Virus record (IMG/VR): IMGVR_UViG_3300042139_000023
Origin: a virus
Lineage: Duplodnaviria; Caudoviricetes
Length of the DNA stretch: 64,000 nt
Strand: one strand, 5' to 3'
The notes under the pieces are model-generated. The model did not search any database and was not told where the DNA came from. It saw only the letters and a program-made list of their open reading frames with translations. The position numbers and the translations under genes were made by a program. This document shows positions 1-9,632 of this stretch, in pieces. Position 1 is the stretch's first letter, and every line of letters starts with the position of its first letter.

Positions 1-1
1 G

Positions 2-310
2 GTGTCGCCGGACTCGCGTGGTCGGGTCAACCTGAACCGGGTGATTCAGGACAAGCAGTACGCGGTGACGGTCAGCGAGGACGGCGTGATCACGCTGACG
101 CCCTCGGTCGTGATCAGTGAGCGCGAGCTGCTGGACCTGACCGCCGTGCGGCCGGTGCTCTCGCCGGAGGAGGCGTTCGGCCAGCGCGGCGCCGTCGAGG
201 CGGCGCAGGCCGTGCAGGACAACCGCAAGGCCCGCAGTGCGGGTGACTGGGGGCGCCGGATCTCCACCTCGGCGGACCTGAGTGCGCTCATCTGGGGGGA
301 CGCGGCATGA
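2..310 (+). CDS. AbrB/MazE-like antitoxin (5' partial)
   Basis: PDSRGRVNL...Y.V....DG.I.LTP swapped-hairpin-like motif; ATGA overlap with downstream toxin-like ORF; probably starts before the window. Confidence 0.55.
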   Translation: MSPDSRGRVNLNRVIQDKQYAVTVSEDGVITLTPSVVISERELLDLTAVRPVLSPEEAFGQRGAVEAAQAVQDNRKARSAGDWGRRISTSADLSALIWGDAA

Positions 311-612
311 AGTTCACGCTGGAGATCACCCCGGCCGCCGAGAAGGGGATCAAGAAGATCCGCAAGTCCGGCGACCGGGGGAAGTTGAAGCAGGTCCAGT
401 CCGCGCTGGAGAAGCTGGCCGACAATCCGGCCCACCCCGGCCTGAACACACATCGCATGAAGCCGGAGCCCCGCTTCAGCAACCGCGACGACCTGTGGAT
501 CTCGTACATCCGCATCGGCCCCGGTGGCGAGCGCATTCTGTGGGCCTACGGCGATCAGGGCGACGAGGTCAAGGTCATCGAGGTCGAGTACATCGGCCGC
601 CACATCGACTGA
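307..612 (+). CDS. RelE/ParE-like toxin
   Basis: 101 aa, basic; FTLEITPAAEKGIKK...LEKLADNPAHPGL..H...RILW pattern resembles RelE-fold proteins. Confidence 0.6.
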   Translation: MKFTLEITPAAEKGIKKIRKSGDRGKLKQVQSALEKLADNPAHPGLNTHRMKPEPRFSNRDDLWISYIRIGPGGERILWAYGDQGDEVKVIEVEYIGRHID

Positions 613-719
613 CCGGACGCTGTGCAAGTTCTGTGAAGGGCCTCACACTTTGCAAGTTTTCCTCACTGATTCCGTCTGAAGAACGACGTACCTGATGACG
701 GAACAAGAGAGGAGAAGTC

Positions 720-1058
720 ATGAGGTCCCTGAAGTCCCAGGTTCTGGGCTTTCTGAACTCGGGCGGCTACCGGTCGGCCAAGAGTGCGCAGGATGTGGTG
801 CTGGTGAGGAGCCGGTCCTACCGGTGGTCCAGCGGAGAGATCGACCGGAACCGGATCATGCTCGGGAGTTTTTCGGGCTTCGAGATCGAAGAGATTCCCG
901 AAGGTGTCCTGGTCCGGTTCGCCGGTCCGGGGCGTGAGGAAACCCGATCGCTCGACGGATACGCACGAGTGCTCGGCAATTGCGGTTTCCAGGTCGAACG
1001 AGGTCCGGATCCGCAGCATGCAGGACGTGAGGTCATCAGGGTGTTCTCGAAGCCCTGA
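720..1058 (+). CDS. hypothetical protein
   Basis: ATG after GAGGAG RBS; 112 aa. Confidence 0.65.
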   Translation: MRSLKSQVLGFLNSGGYRSAKSAQDVVLVRSRSYRWSSGEIDRNRIMLGSFSGFEIEEIPEGVLVRFAGPGREETRSLDGYARVLGNCGFQVERGPDPQHAGREVIRVFSKP

Positions 1059-1103
1059 ATCCTCAACTTCCCTGTGGTAGAGTAGTTTTCAGGAGAGAGG
1101 GAG

Positions 1104-1156
1104 AAGCCCCGGGGGCGCCCGCGCTCCGGCTAAGAACAACGGCACCCCGGGGCTTT
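1104..1156. terminator. GC-rich inverted repeat (possible terminator/RNA hairpin)
   Basis: AAGCCCCGGGG...CCCCGGGGCTT arms in intergenic DNA. Confidence 0.4.
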
Positions 1157-1192
1157 CAGCCCACCTCACATCGGAATCGGACGGAGAAGAGC

Positions 1193-1924
1193 TTGACCAC
1201 GCTCAGCATCGACAACATGCCCGAGGTCGTTCACGAGCCGTACGCCTTCCTGCTGGACAAGACGGGCGTCGAGCCCATCGTCGAGCGCAACGGCTACGGC
1301 AAGATCCTGCTCACCCACCTGGGTGAGCGGACGAAGATGACGATCAAGTTCCGCCTCGACGGCCGGAAGTGGCGCTGGGAGAAGTCCCACCTCTTCATCG
1401 ACGGCGAGCAGCAGCCGCTGGCCAGCGGCTGGGAGATGTACGTCGCCATCTTCAAGGACCCCGACAACGGCCGCCGCGACTTCGTTCCGGAGGGCGCTCG
1501 CAAGGCGCAGATCCCGGAGTCGAAGGAGGTCGACGAGCAGTACCTGCCGAAGGCCGTCGCCGACGAGCTGATCAGCCTGCGGAAGATGGTCCGCAAGGCG
1601 GAGACCACGGCCACGGCGACGATCGTCTCCAGTGCGAACCAGTACCTGATCACGCTGGTCGACGGCGAGACGGGCCAGAGCTTCATCTTCACCTTCGGGT
1701 TCGAGAGCGGCGCCTGGCAGGTCGTCGACATGCTGCTGGTCAACGCCAAGGGCTACGACGTCACCCGGTACGTCGGCGAGCACCAGATCGAGCAGTTCCT
1801 GCACGAGATCATGGGCATCGCGGGCCGCGCCTCCCAGGTCACCTACAACCCGGGCGGCTCCGCCCAGCAGGCGGCGACCACGAACTCGGTCAACGTTCGC
1901 AAGTCCACCGTCTTCCGGATCTGA
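1193..1924 (+). CDS. hypothetical protein
   Basis: 243 aa, strong GC3 codon bias, GGAGAAG RBS, TTG start. Confidence 0.8.
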   Translation: MTTLSIDNMPEVVHEPYAFLLDKTGVEPIVERNGYGKILLTHLGERTKMTIKFRLDGRKWRWEKSHLFIDGEQQPLASGWEMYVAIFKDPDNGRRDFVPEGARKAQIPESKEVDEQYLPKAVADELISLRKMVRKAETTATATIVSSANQYLITLVDGETGQSFIFTFGFESGAWQVVDMLLVNAKGYDVTRYVGEHQIEQFLHEIMGIAGRASQVTYNPGGSAQQAATTNSVNVRKSTVFRI

Positions 1925-1932
1925 GGAGAGCA

Positions 1933-2142
1933 GTGCGCCGCACGGACGAGCCGGACCGGGGCGACATCGCCCGCGCCTACCTGGCCAACGCACGCGAGTG
2001 CGCCGACCTGGTGAACACGGTCGAGATGCCCCGGATCGGGCAGAGCGACGCGGAGAGGGTCCGCGACATCGCCATCATGAACGCCCTGCTGGCCATCGCG
2101 GTGATGCAGGTTCCGGACGAGCCCGGCATGCGGCTCGCCTGA
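1933..2142 (+). CDS. hypothetical protein
   Basis: GTG at 1933 after GAGGAG; 3' part of ORF 1369..2142. Confidence 0.6.
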   Translation: MRRTDEPDRGDIARAYLANARECADLVNTVEMPRIGQSDAERVRDIAIMNALLAIAVMQVPDEPGMRLA

Positions 2143-2159
2143 CGGAGGGGAAGAAGATC

Positions 2160-2423
2160 GTGGCGAAGAACGCCGCACTGGGTGACAACCGGTCCGAGCC
2201 GACGGAGCTGACCCGGGCCGTGGGCCTGCGGGTCCGCGCCTTGCGCGAGAAGGCCGGGATGACGCAGATCGAGCTGGCCGACGCGGTCGGATACCGCGAC
2301 AGTTCCTCGATCACGTTCATCGAGCAGGGCCGCAACAACATGAAGCCCGACGTGATGGTGCTGGTGTGCACCGCGCTGGGCACGTCGCCGAACGACCTGT
2401 TCGGCTGGGAGGAGAAGAAGTGA
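2160..2423 (+). CDS. XRE-family HTH regulator
   Basis: VGLRVRALREKAGMTQIELADAVG...SSITFIEQG...LGTSPNDLF; GTG at 2160. Confidence 0.9.
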   Translation: MAKNAALGDNRSEPTELTRAVGLRVRALREKAGMTQIELADAVGYRDSSSITFIEQGRNNMKPDVMVLVCTALGTSPNDLFGWEEKK

Positions 2424-2872
2424 AGCGAGACGAGGACGCCCCGCGCCCGAAGACGGGCATCAGCCTGCTGGTCATCCGGCAGTTCGAGGGTCGGCTGCAT
2501 GTGCTGCTCGGCCAGCGGCGCGGATCCCACGGTGAGGGCGAGTGGGGGACGCCGGGCGGCCACCAGGAGTTCGGTGAGACCTTCGAGGAGGGCGGCCTGA
2601 GCGAGCTGGAGGAGGAGTGCGGTGACGAGATCAACGTCACCCGCCCCCGGTTCCTCTGCGTCACGAACCTGCGCGAGTACCTGGACGAGGGCAAGCACTA
2701 CACCGACATCGGCATGGTGTCGCACTGGGTCTCCGGCGACCCGAAGCTGATGGAGCCGGAGAAGTGCCTGGGCTGGACCTGGCACCCGATCGACCGTCTG
2801 CCGACGCCGCTGTTCGCGCCGGTCGAGAACCTGGTCATCGCGTACCACACCGGCCAGCCGTACTTCGGCTGA
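2420..2872 (+). CDS. Nudix hydrolase
   Basis: Nudix box PGGHQEFGETFEEGGLSELEEECG; C-terminal MEPEKCLGWTW typical of NUDT15/MutT-like proteins; GTGA overlap. Confidence 0.9.
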   Translation: MKRDEDAPRPKTGISLLVIRQFEGRLHVLLGQRRGSHGEGEWGTPGGHQEFGETFEEGGLSELEEECGDEINVTRPRFLCVTNLREYLDEGKHYTDIGMVSHWVSGDPKLMEPEKCLGWTWHPIDRLPTPLFAPVENLVIAYHTGQPYFG

Positions 2873-3201
2873 TGACCGACGACGTTCTCGCCCGGGTCCG
2901 TGCCGCACGGACCCGGGCCTGGGAGACGGGCATCGAGCTGGACCGTGTCTGGCGGATCGCCCAGGTCGATCCCAGCTTCGCGAAGAAGCTGGAGGATCAG
3001 GACGCCGTGGTGGAGCAGGCGATGGACGAACTTCGTGACGCGCTCACCCTGGGCGGCGTGGCGCCCCGGCCGACGCGGGACGAAGCCGTTGTCGACCTCA
3101 TGAAGTGGGGTGTCGACGAGGGGCTGATGAGTACGAGTCAGTACGACGCGTGGCTGGCCAACCCTTTGGAGCCGCAGGGCGGCGACCCGTACCGGCAGTG
3201 A
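2872..3201 (+). CDS. hypothetical protein
   Basis: TGATG overlap with Nudix stop. Confidence 0.7.
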   Translation: MTDDVLARVRAARTRAWETGIELDRVWRIAQVDPSFAKKLEDQDAVVEQAMDELRDALTLGGVAPRPTRDEAVVDLMKWGVDEGLMSTSQYDAWLANPLEPQGGDPYRQ

Positions 3202-3206
3202 ACAAC

Positions 3207-3239
3207 CACAGCGCCCCGCCGGGAAGGCGGGGCGCTGTG
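3207..3239 (+). terminator. intrinsic terminator-like hairpin
   Basis: 14-bp stem CACAGCGCCCCGCC/GGCGGGGCGCTGTG, 5-nt loop, just after operon end. Confidence 0.75.
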
Positions 3240-3369
3240 CTGTGTGCTGACTTGCTTTACAGAATCCAGGATCTGATTCCAACTCGCTTTCCGTTTTGGC
3301 TTAGGCCATCAACTCCACTGTGATAGCTTTAAGTTGCATCTGAAATGCAAATTCGGTGAGGAGTGGAAA

Positions 3370-3771
3370 ATGCACAGTGATGTGCAGAAGGTGGTCACGG
3401 CTGCTCTGGACCAGGGGGTGAGTGCGTACCTGGACGCCTGCAAGGCGTACGAAGCGGTAACGCAGAACCCCAGCGACGAGAACAGCCGAGTGGACGCCGA
3501 GGCCCGCGAGCGCAAGGCGGGCAACAACGAGATGCTGGGCGCCCTGCTCGACGCCGCCGGATACGACGTCCGCATGGTGGGTCCCGCCCTCGATGAGGCG
3601 ACGGGCGAGAGCCTGGGGAAGACCTTCATCGCCTGGCCGAAGACCGAACGCGAGGTCATCAAGCACGGCTACGCGACCGGCCGCATCGACCGCGAGCACA
3701 TGCTGTCCTGGTTCGAGCGCCACCAGGAGAGCGGCTGGCTGCGCTACGACAAGCAGGAGGTCCCGGCATGA
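3370..3771 (+). CDS. hypothetical protein
   Basis: ATG at 3370 after GAGGAG; coding bias. Confidence 0.75.
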   Translation: MHSDVQKVVTAALDQGVSAYLDACKAYEAVTQNPSDENSRVDAEARERKAGNNEMLGALLDAAGYDVRMVGPALDEATGESLGKTFIAWPKTEREVIKHGYATGRIDREHMLSWFERHQESGWLRYDKQEVPA

Positions 3772-4100
3772 GCGACGCCGAGAAGCGGATGATCCACGGC
3801 GCGATGCGCAGCGCCAACGAGTTCGGCGCGATGGTCCGGCACTACACCAACCTGGTGGAGGCGGCCAAGAAGGGTGCTTCCCCCTCGCAGGAGGTGGCCG
3901 ACGGCCTGGAGCGGGACCTGGATGCCGCCCGGCGCGACTTCGCGGTGGCCCGCACGGTACTGGGCCAGGTTCTCGGCTCCGCCGGAGTCGACGTCTTCGG
4001 TCCGGTCGAGGGCGACGAGGAGTTCTTCGAGATCAAGGCCAGTAAGGTCGAGGCCGAACTGGAGAAGTGGCGTACGGAACAGCAGGGAGTGAGCGCCTGA
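3768..4100 (+). CDS. hypothetical protein
   Basis: ATGA overlap; helical/coiled-coil character. Confidence 0.75.
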   Translation: MSDAEKRMIHGAMRSANEFGAMVRHYTNLVEAAKKGASPSQEVADGLERDLDAARRDFAVARTVLGQVLGSAGVDVFGPVEGDEEFFEIKASKVEAELEKWRTEQQGVSA

Positions 4101-4462
4101 TGGCGACGTTCGAGCAGGCGCTGGACAAGGCATTCGAGATCGCCTGGAACCACAGTGTGGCGGTCGAAGGTGCTCGCGCCAACCCGGACGTATCAGATCC
4201 GCAGGTGCACGATGCGATGGTGCTCTCGGCAGAAGCGTCCTTCATCGGCGCTGTCGACACCCTGGGCTCCCTGCTGCACCTGTCGGGACGCCTGCCGTCG
4301 TTCGAGCTGTCCACGGACGAAGGCGATCAGTGGATGAAGGACTCCACGCAGGCGCTCGCCCAGATGATGGAGTGGGCCCACGAAAACGGCCGCATCACCG
4401 AGGCGGAATACGCCGGATACCGAGCGGTGTACGGGCTCGGCGCCCGAGAGATCCCGCAGTAA
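4100..4462 (+). CDS. hypothetical protein
   Basis: TGATG overlap. Confidence 0.7.
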   Translation: MATFEQALDKAFEIAWNHSVAVEGARANPDVSDPQVHDAMVLSAEASFIGAVDTLGSLLHLSGRLPSFELSTDEGDQWMKDSTQALAQMMEWAHENGRITEAEYAGYRAVYGLGAREIPQ

Positions 4463-4488
4463 CCCAACGGAATCAGGAGAAGAGCGAC

Positions 4489-4941
4489 ATGAGCAGCGAC
4501 ACGTTCACCGATGCCGTCGAGCTGGCCTACGCCGAGTGCTGGCGCCAGGGCGAGCACCTGGAGGACATCCTGAACGGCAAGGTCAAGTACGGAGACGGCT
4601 CCGAGGGGGATCAGGATTCGGCGTACACCAACTACTGGCGCGAGAGCCTGGGTGCCACGAAGGTGCTCGGCGCACTCCTCGTCGCCCAGGGGGAGGTCGG
4701 CACCCGGACGTTCCCGGTCAACCTCGACGAGGCGCTTCCGGACTCCCAGCAGGTCTGGATCCGTCTCATGCAGTGGGGCATCCGCAAGGGCCTGACGACG
4801 CAGGCCAAGCTGGACCAGGCGATCGAAGATGCGCCGCAGCTCAAGGACGCTCTGCGCTACCTCGGCCAGAACCGCAGGCCGAGCGAGGCCGACCTGAAGG
4901 CGCTCGCCGAGTTCCAGATGAAGCAGACCCAGCAGGTCTGA
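4489..4941 (+). CDS. hypothetical protein
   Basis: ATG at 4489 after AGGAG; coding bias. Confidence 0.75.
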   Translation: MSSDTFTDAVELAYAECWRQGEHLEDILNGKVKYGDGSEGDQDSAYTNYWRESLGATKVLGALLVAQGEVGTRTFPVNLDEALPDSQQVWIRLMQWGIRKGLTTQAKLDQAIEDAPQLKDALRYLGQNRRPSEADLKALAEFQMKQTQQV

Positions 4942-4952
4942 ACCTTCTCGCG

Positions 4953-4987
4953 GAAGACCCCCGGAGGAACCGGCTCCGGGGGTCTTC
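4953..4987 (+). terminator. intrinsic terminator-like hairpin
   Basis: 14-bp stem GAAGACCCCCGGAG/CTCCGGGGGTCTTC. Confidence 0.75.
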
Positions 4988-5084
4988 TCGCGTCGTGCGA
5001 CATTCGGCATATGCCAGAGTGAAGCCCTGGCCATAGGCCATCAACATCGTTGTGGTAGACTCGTGTTCACGGAAGGGAGAAAAA

Positions 5085-5309
5085 GTGGACAAGCTGAGTG
5101 AAGGGCGACAGGTGAAAGCTGTGGCCCTGGAGGCGGCCTCACGCGTCGTCGCCGAGAACATGAAGTTCTTCGCCCGCACCAACAGCTACGCCAGCAGCGA
5201 CCGCGAGGGCGAGTACAACGCCACCCTGGCGGCTCGGGCGACCATCGACATGGCCCGGCAGTTCGAGGCGTACCTGAATGAGCCGGAGGACACGGTGGTG
5301 ACGCGATGA
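5085..5309 (+). CDS. hypothetical protein
   Basis: GTG after GGGAG; 74 aa. Confidence 0.7.
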   Translation: MDKLSEGRQVKAVALEAASRVVAENMKFFARTNSYASSDREGEYNATLAARATIDMARQFEAYLNEPEDTVVTR

Positions 5310-5662
5310 AGTTTGTCCACGCCCGCAGCGAATCGGTCGTGCGCCGGTACGTGAACATCATCGACGGCCCGAAGATCCCGCACCCCGACAGTTCCGTCTC
5401 CGGCAAGAAGATCCTCCTGACCAAGGTTGAGATCCACTACGTCCTGATCTCCGGAGAGTGGAGGGTCGCAGGCGCGGCCTCCCCGAGCATCTACGCGGAG
5501 GGGTGGATCCTGAAGGGCGACGGCTCCCGTTCCCAGCGCCAGTGGAAGGGGCAGATCATGACGGCCCCGGCCCGGACCGAGAACGGCTGGCTGAAGAAGC
5601 TCATCGACGGCTCCCGGCCGACCGGATCGCCCGAGCTGCCCTTCGACGTGACGGAGGTCTGA
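5306..5662 (+). CDS. hypothetical protein
   Basis: ATGA overlap. Confidence 0.75.
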   Translation: MKFVHARSESVVRRYVNIIDGPKIPHPDSSVSGKKILLTKVEIHYVLISGEWRVAGAASPSIYAEGWILKGDGSRSQRQWKGQIMTAPARTENGWLKKLIDGSRPTGSPELPFDVTEV

Positions 5663-5664
5663 CC

Positions 5665-6015
5665 GTGAACTACACCGTGGCCCAGCGGGTCAAGGGGATC
5701 CTGGTCAGCAGTGGCCACAACGACAAGAAGCGGGCTGCTCCGGACATGCCGACGGCGGACGAGATGGCTGCCGCCCGGCGGGCCTACGACGAAATGGGCC
5801 GGACCGGCGTCCTGAAGGTGAGGATCGGTTCCGGTGACTACTTCACCTCGGATCCCGACGGCGACGGCGCCCTCGTCAGGTACCACGGCTCGGTGTACCG
5901 CGAGGAGGAACGGCTTCGGCTGTACCGGCTCGCGGTGGAGAACTGCTCCTTCCGGGTGGCCGAGGAGGGCGACCCGGAGCGTCAAGGGCGCCGCCTGCTG
6001 AAGGTGGTGCGCTGA
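5665..6015 (+). CDS. hypothetical protein
   Basis: GTG 2 nt after previous stop, GGAGG RBS. Confidence 0.7.
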   Translation: MNYTVAQRVKGILVSSGHNDKKRAAPDMPTADEMAAARRAYDEMGRTGVLKVRIGSGDYFTSDPDGDGALVRYHGSVYREEERLRLYRLAVENCSFRVAEEGDPERQGRRLLKVVR

Positions 6016-6017
6016 CC

Positions 6018-6203
6018 GTGGATGCCCTGACGTGGGTGAACACGGCCCTGCTCGGCATCATCGTTGTTCTTGGCTGGCTCAAGCTGGCCAACGGCGATGA
6101 ATCGGAGGGCTGCTGCGCGGTGATCCTCCTGTGCCTGTTTCTCGGAATGAGCGTTCTCGGTGTTGCGATATGGGGGCTCGGCTCCCTGATTGGATGGTGG
6201 TGA
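6018..6203 (+). CDS. small membrane protein
   Basis: two hydrophobic stretches in 61 aa. Confidence 0.6.
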   Translation: MDALTWVNTALLGIIVVLGWLKLANGDESEGCCAVILLCLFLGMSVLGVAIWGLGSLIGWW

Positions 6204-6715
6204 CGGTGTACGAAAAGCCCGAACCGGTGGCGTACATCGTCCTCGGTTCCTACGTCCACCCCGAATGTTCGAACATTCCGATCCGCAACCGGCAGCCGGT
6301 CTACGCCAACGAGCTTCCGGCGATCGTGTTCTGCCGTGGCTGTGAGGATCAGATCCTTCCGGCGCCCTGCGTATTCTGCGAGATCATCGCGAAGCGTGAG
6401 CCGGTCGAGTGGATCCTTCAGCCCGACACCTGGCACGACGCGGTCGCCTTCGTCCCGCTGAACCCAATCACGGAAGGGCACTGCCTGATCGCCCCGAAGC
6501 GGCACGTGAAGGACTTCGCGGCAGACCCCGAGACGTTCGCCGACACGGCCCGGCGCGCAGCCGAGCTGATGCGGTGGACCGACCGGCCGATGAACCTGCT
6601 GTCGACGCGGGGCAAGGAGGCGGGGCAGGAGATCATGCACCTGCACCTGCACCTCATCCCCCGCGAGGCTGACGACGGGATACGGCTGCTGACCAGGAAG
6701 AAGGCAAAGCAGTGA
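6194..6715 (+). CDS. HIT-family nucleotide hydrolase
   Basis: CVFCEII, GHCLIAPKRH and GQEIMHLHLHLIPR (HxHxH triad). Confidence 0.9.
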   Translation: MVVTVYEKPEPVAYIVLGSYVHPECSNIPIRNRQPVYANELPAIVFCRGCEDQILPAPCVFCEIIAKREPVEWILQPDTWHDAVAFVPLNPITEGHCLIAPKRHVKDFAADPETFADTARRAAELMRWTDRPMNLLSTRGKEAGQEIMHLHLHLIPREADDGIRLLTRKKAKQ

Positions 6716-7035
6716 AGAACAGGCAGGACGAGGTGGCCTACCGGATCCGCGCCGAGCTGGTCTGCTGCCATGTGTACGACGACGTCCAGAAGGAGGCGGC
6801 ACGCCTGGAGAAGCAGGGCGTGCCGGGCCACCATCAGGCCGCCATCGGTCGCGCCGTGATCCGAGGGGACTGGCACGACCTCTGCTACTGGGCAGAGGCC
6901 GCCGCGCAGATCGCTGAAGGCCGGTGTCCCGGTCGCGAGACCGACCCGAACATCTGCCGCTGCCCCTGCGAGGGGTGCAAGCACAACTGCTCGGCCCACA
7001 TCGAAGGAGAAGACAGTGACCTCTCGGGAGGTTGA
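6712..7035 (+). CDS. hypothetical Cys-rich protein
   Basis: GTGA overlap; CRCPCEGCKHNCSAH. Confidence 0.7.
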   Translation: MKNRQDEVAYRIRAELVCCHVYDDVQKEAARLEKQGVPGHHQAAIGRAVIRGDWHDLCYWAEAAAQIAEGRCPGRETDPNICRCPCEGCKHNCSAHIEGEDSDLSGG

Positions 7036-7402
7036 GAAGATTTCGACCGGACGGTTCCCTGCGCCGCATGTTGCGTGGATCGTGAACCAGCTTCCGCGCG
7101 AACTCCACGGCATGTTCGGATTCCGAGGGGAGGAGGTCCCCGAAAAGTACGACGAGGAGATCGAGTACGTCTACAAGATCGCCTATCCCGACGGGTCCGC
7201 CTATCTGAAGTCCCTCCTGGTGGAGTACATCTCGGGCCGGGGTATTCCCACTGGCTTCATCATCGACGACGAGATCGATCTGGACGGCGTCAGGATGATC
7301 GTGAAGAACCACCTCCAGCGGGATGTGCAGTCCGGCGGAGAGGGTTCCGCGTACGTCTACCACCGGGTCACCGTCGACCTTCCGGAGGATGTCGATGGCT
7401 GA
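7016..7402 (+). CDS. hypothetical protein
   Basis: GTG after GGAG; overlaps neighbours. Confidence 0.6.
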   Translation: MTSREVEKISTGRFPAPHVAWIVNQLPRELHGMFGFRGEEVPEKYDEEIEYVYKIAYPDGSAYLKSLLVEYISGRGIPTGFIIDDEIDLDGVRMIVKNHLQRDVQSGGEGSAYVYHRVTVDLPEDVDG

Positions 7403-7931
7403 TCTCAGTCGGTACGAAGTGATCGAGGGCAGCGTCATCGTCTGCAATGACTGCCGCAACGGCGTGCACCGCGAGGTGGTGCACGCCTTCAAGGGCGCGT
7501 CGTTCTCCGTGGAGGAGATGCACACCGAGATCACGATGCACGAGTGGAATCGGCACGAGCCGGAGTTCGCCGACAACGCGGACAGCAACGGCCTCGCGGC
7601 GAAGCGGGCCTCCGAGGCTCTGGCCGAGCACGTCGAGAAGGTCGAGGACGATCTTCGCACGGACCGCTACTACGCCTGCTACCCGCCCGCCACGGCCTAC
7701 CGCGACGGCATGGTCAACGGCATGGGCGGGGCGACCGGCGACATGGCCTCTCTGCTGGGGCCCGACGCGGTGCGCGCCATCGTCGGTGCCCTTACCGAGA
7801 TCGCGGCGATGGACAAGAACTACGTCGAGCTGATCTCCGACCACAACCGCAAGACGTGCGAGGACCACACCTGCTCGATCTTCGGGCACCTGGTGGATCT
7901 CGCCCGAGCTGTCGACGCGCAGCTCACCTGA
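7395..7931 (+). CDS. hypothetical protein (CxxC motifs)
   Basis: ATG after GGAGG; CNDC and CEDHTC. Confidence 0.7.
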   Translation: MADLSRYEVIEGSVIVCNDCRNGVHREVVHAFKGASFSVEEMHTEITMHEWNRHEPEFADNADSNGLAAKRASEALAEHVEKVEDDLRTDRYYACYPPATAYRDGMVNGMGGATGDMASLLGPDAVRAIVGALTEIAAMDKNYVELISDHNRKTCEDHTCSIFGHLVDLARAVDAQLT

Positions 7932-7976
7932 AGGACCGGGCCGTCACCCCACAGGGCGGCCGGAAAGGAGAGGGTC

Positions 7977-8591
7977 ATGAGGTTCGCCAGAGACCTGGAG
8001 GACATCGCGAAGGAAGGACCCCAGTGGCAGGACAGGCCGGATCGCGAACGCGTCGGGCCGGACCGCTGGGGCAAGAGCCACTGGGCTCTGCTCGGGTACG
8101 TGGACGAGCGCGTGGTGAACTGGCACGGACTGCTGAACTGGGATCACATCCAGGTTTCCAGGAAGCACTGGCCGATGCTGTACGCGGCCCGCAAGACGGC
8201 TCAGGTGGGATTCGGCCCGTCGAAGGACGGCGCCGAATACGGACTGCGTCTGAAGCCTTCCACCCACGATGACCGTGCGGTGATCCTCGCCGACCACTGC
8301 GAGGTCGACGCCCTGATGGATCTGGTCGACGCGGGCCTGGTGACCGTGGACATGCCGAAGGTCAGCCAGACCGGCCAGTCCTACCTGCGTCCCGATGGTC
8401 ACGCGCTCAGCGATCCGAGCCCGCGTGATCTGCTGACCGGCCATGTCGAGTGGCTGCTGATGCCGTGGGCGAAGTTCGGTCTGACCGAACGCGGCTGGCA
8501 GGTAGCCGCAGCACTGCGACGCCACAAGGGCGCGGGCGGCGTGTTCGCCAGGTTCGAGATGCCAGAGATGACGGAAGGTGCAGACGCGTGA
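7977..8591 (+). CDS. hypothetical protein
   Basis: 204 aa, GGAGAGGG RBS. Confidence 0.75.
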   Translation: MRFARDLEDIAKEGPQWQDRPDRERVGPDRWGKSHWALLGYVDERVVNWHGLLNWDHIQVSRKHWPMLYAARKTAQVGFGPSKDGAEYGLRLKPSTHDDRAVILADHCEVDALMDLVDAGLVTVDMPKVSQTGQSYLRPDGHALSDPSPRDLLTGHVEWLLMPWAKFGLTERGWQVAAALRRHKGAGGVFARFEMPEMTEGADA

Positions 8592-8824
8592 AGATCCCGC
8601 CCCTTTTCGAGGTGGTGCAGCAGGCGATCCTGGGATTCCTCTCGGCCGCCGTGGTGAGCGGAGTCTGGTGGCTGGTCACCGGATCCCTCCCGGACGGCAT
8701 GGAGTTGTGGGCCGGTTCGTTCACCGTGATGTGGGCCGGATCGGTCTTCCTGCGGATGCAGAAGGCGCGCGAGGTGCGCGCCCTGCGTGAAATGTACGAT
8801 CGCCCGGCCAGCGACGAGAAGTGA
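8588..8824 (+). CDS. small membrane protein
   Basis: GTGA overlap; two TM-like segments. Confidence 0.65.
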   Translation: MKIPPLFEVVQQAILGFLSAAVVSGVWWLVTGSLPDGMELWAGSFTVMWAGSVFLRMQKAREVRALREMYDRPASDEK

Positions 8825-8879
8825 CTGGGGGCCGCCCGCCGGGCGGCCCCTTCCGGAAAGAGAGAAGACCGACGTGAGG

Positions 8880-9329
8880 ATGAACGTGCAGAGCACGAAC
8901 AACACGCACGCGATGAACGCGCTGCGCGTGTACGACGACGGCCGCAGTGCGGCGATCGTCCTGATGGCTTCCGATGACACGGAGATCGAGGATGCGCTGG
9001 GCCGCGTCTTCGAGATCCACGAGGCGCCCCTGTCGGACCTGGAGGCGGGTGTTCCGTGGGGTGCCGACGACGTCGGTGACTGCGAGATCCGTCCCGGCGG
9101 TGTGATGCTGACCGTGGAGGGGACCGGTGGCAGCTTCATGGGCCTGCGCTTCGAGGCGGCATGGAGCACGACGTCCCCGGGTTGGCGCCGGGCGGCCCGC
9201 GACAACGGCTGCGCCTGGCTGGCCCTGCCGGGCCGCTCGACGTACGACCACATCGCCAGGGCGGTCGCTTCGGGCTCCCTGGTGCAGCTCCCGGCCATGC
9301 CGGTGCTGAAGCTGGAGGTGACCCGGTGA
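8880..9329 (+). CDS. hypothetical protein
   Basis: coding bias; start uncertain. Confidence 0.7.
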   Translation: MNVQSTNNTHAMNALRVYDDGRSAAIVLMASDDTEIEDALGRVFEIHEAPLSDLEAGVPWGADDVGDCEIRPGGVMLTVEGTGGSFMGLRFEAAWSTTSPGWRRAARDNGCAWLALPGRSTYDHIARAVASGSLVQLPAMPVLKLEVTR

Positions 9330-9520
9330 GTCGCATCGATAACACGGTGACGACTGTCCTGCTCTGCGGCTGCCGCATCAAGCTGAGGATCAAGCCGTTG
9401 CGGCCCAGCGCCCGGTTCGGCTGCCGCTCCAACCAGGGGCACTCCTACAACCAGCTCTGGGCGTCGTACGAGGACAACGGCCGCACCTTCGAGAACCCCC
9501 TGGTCCCCGCCTCAGTGTGA
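9326..9520 (+). CDS. small Cys-containing hypothetical protein
   Basis: GTGA overlap; LCGC...GC...H. Confidence 0.6.
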   Translation: MSRIDNTVTTVLLCGCRIKLRIKPLRPSARFGCRSNQGHSYNQLWASYEDNGRTFENPLVPASV

Positions 9521-9632
9521 CGATCGCCACGGCCGCAGTGACCAATCCTGGACCCTGCGGCCGTGGCACTGCTGCGAAGATTTCACCAGTGACCGACACC
9601 AGAGAGCGGTTCACCGGAAGGAGAAGGAAGAC

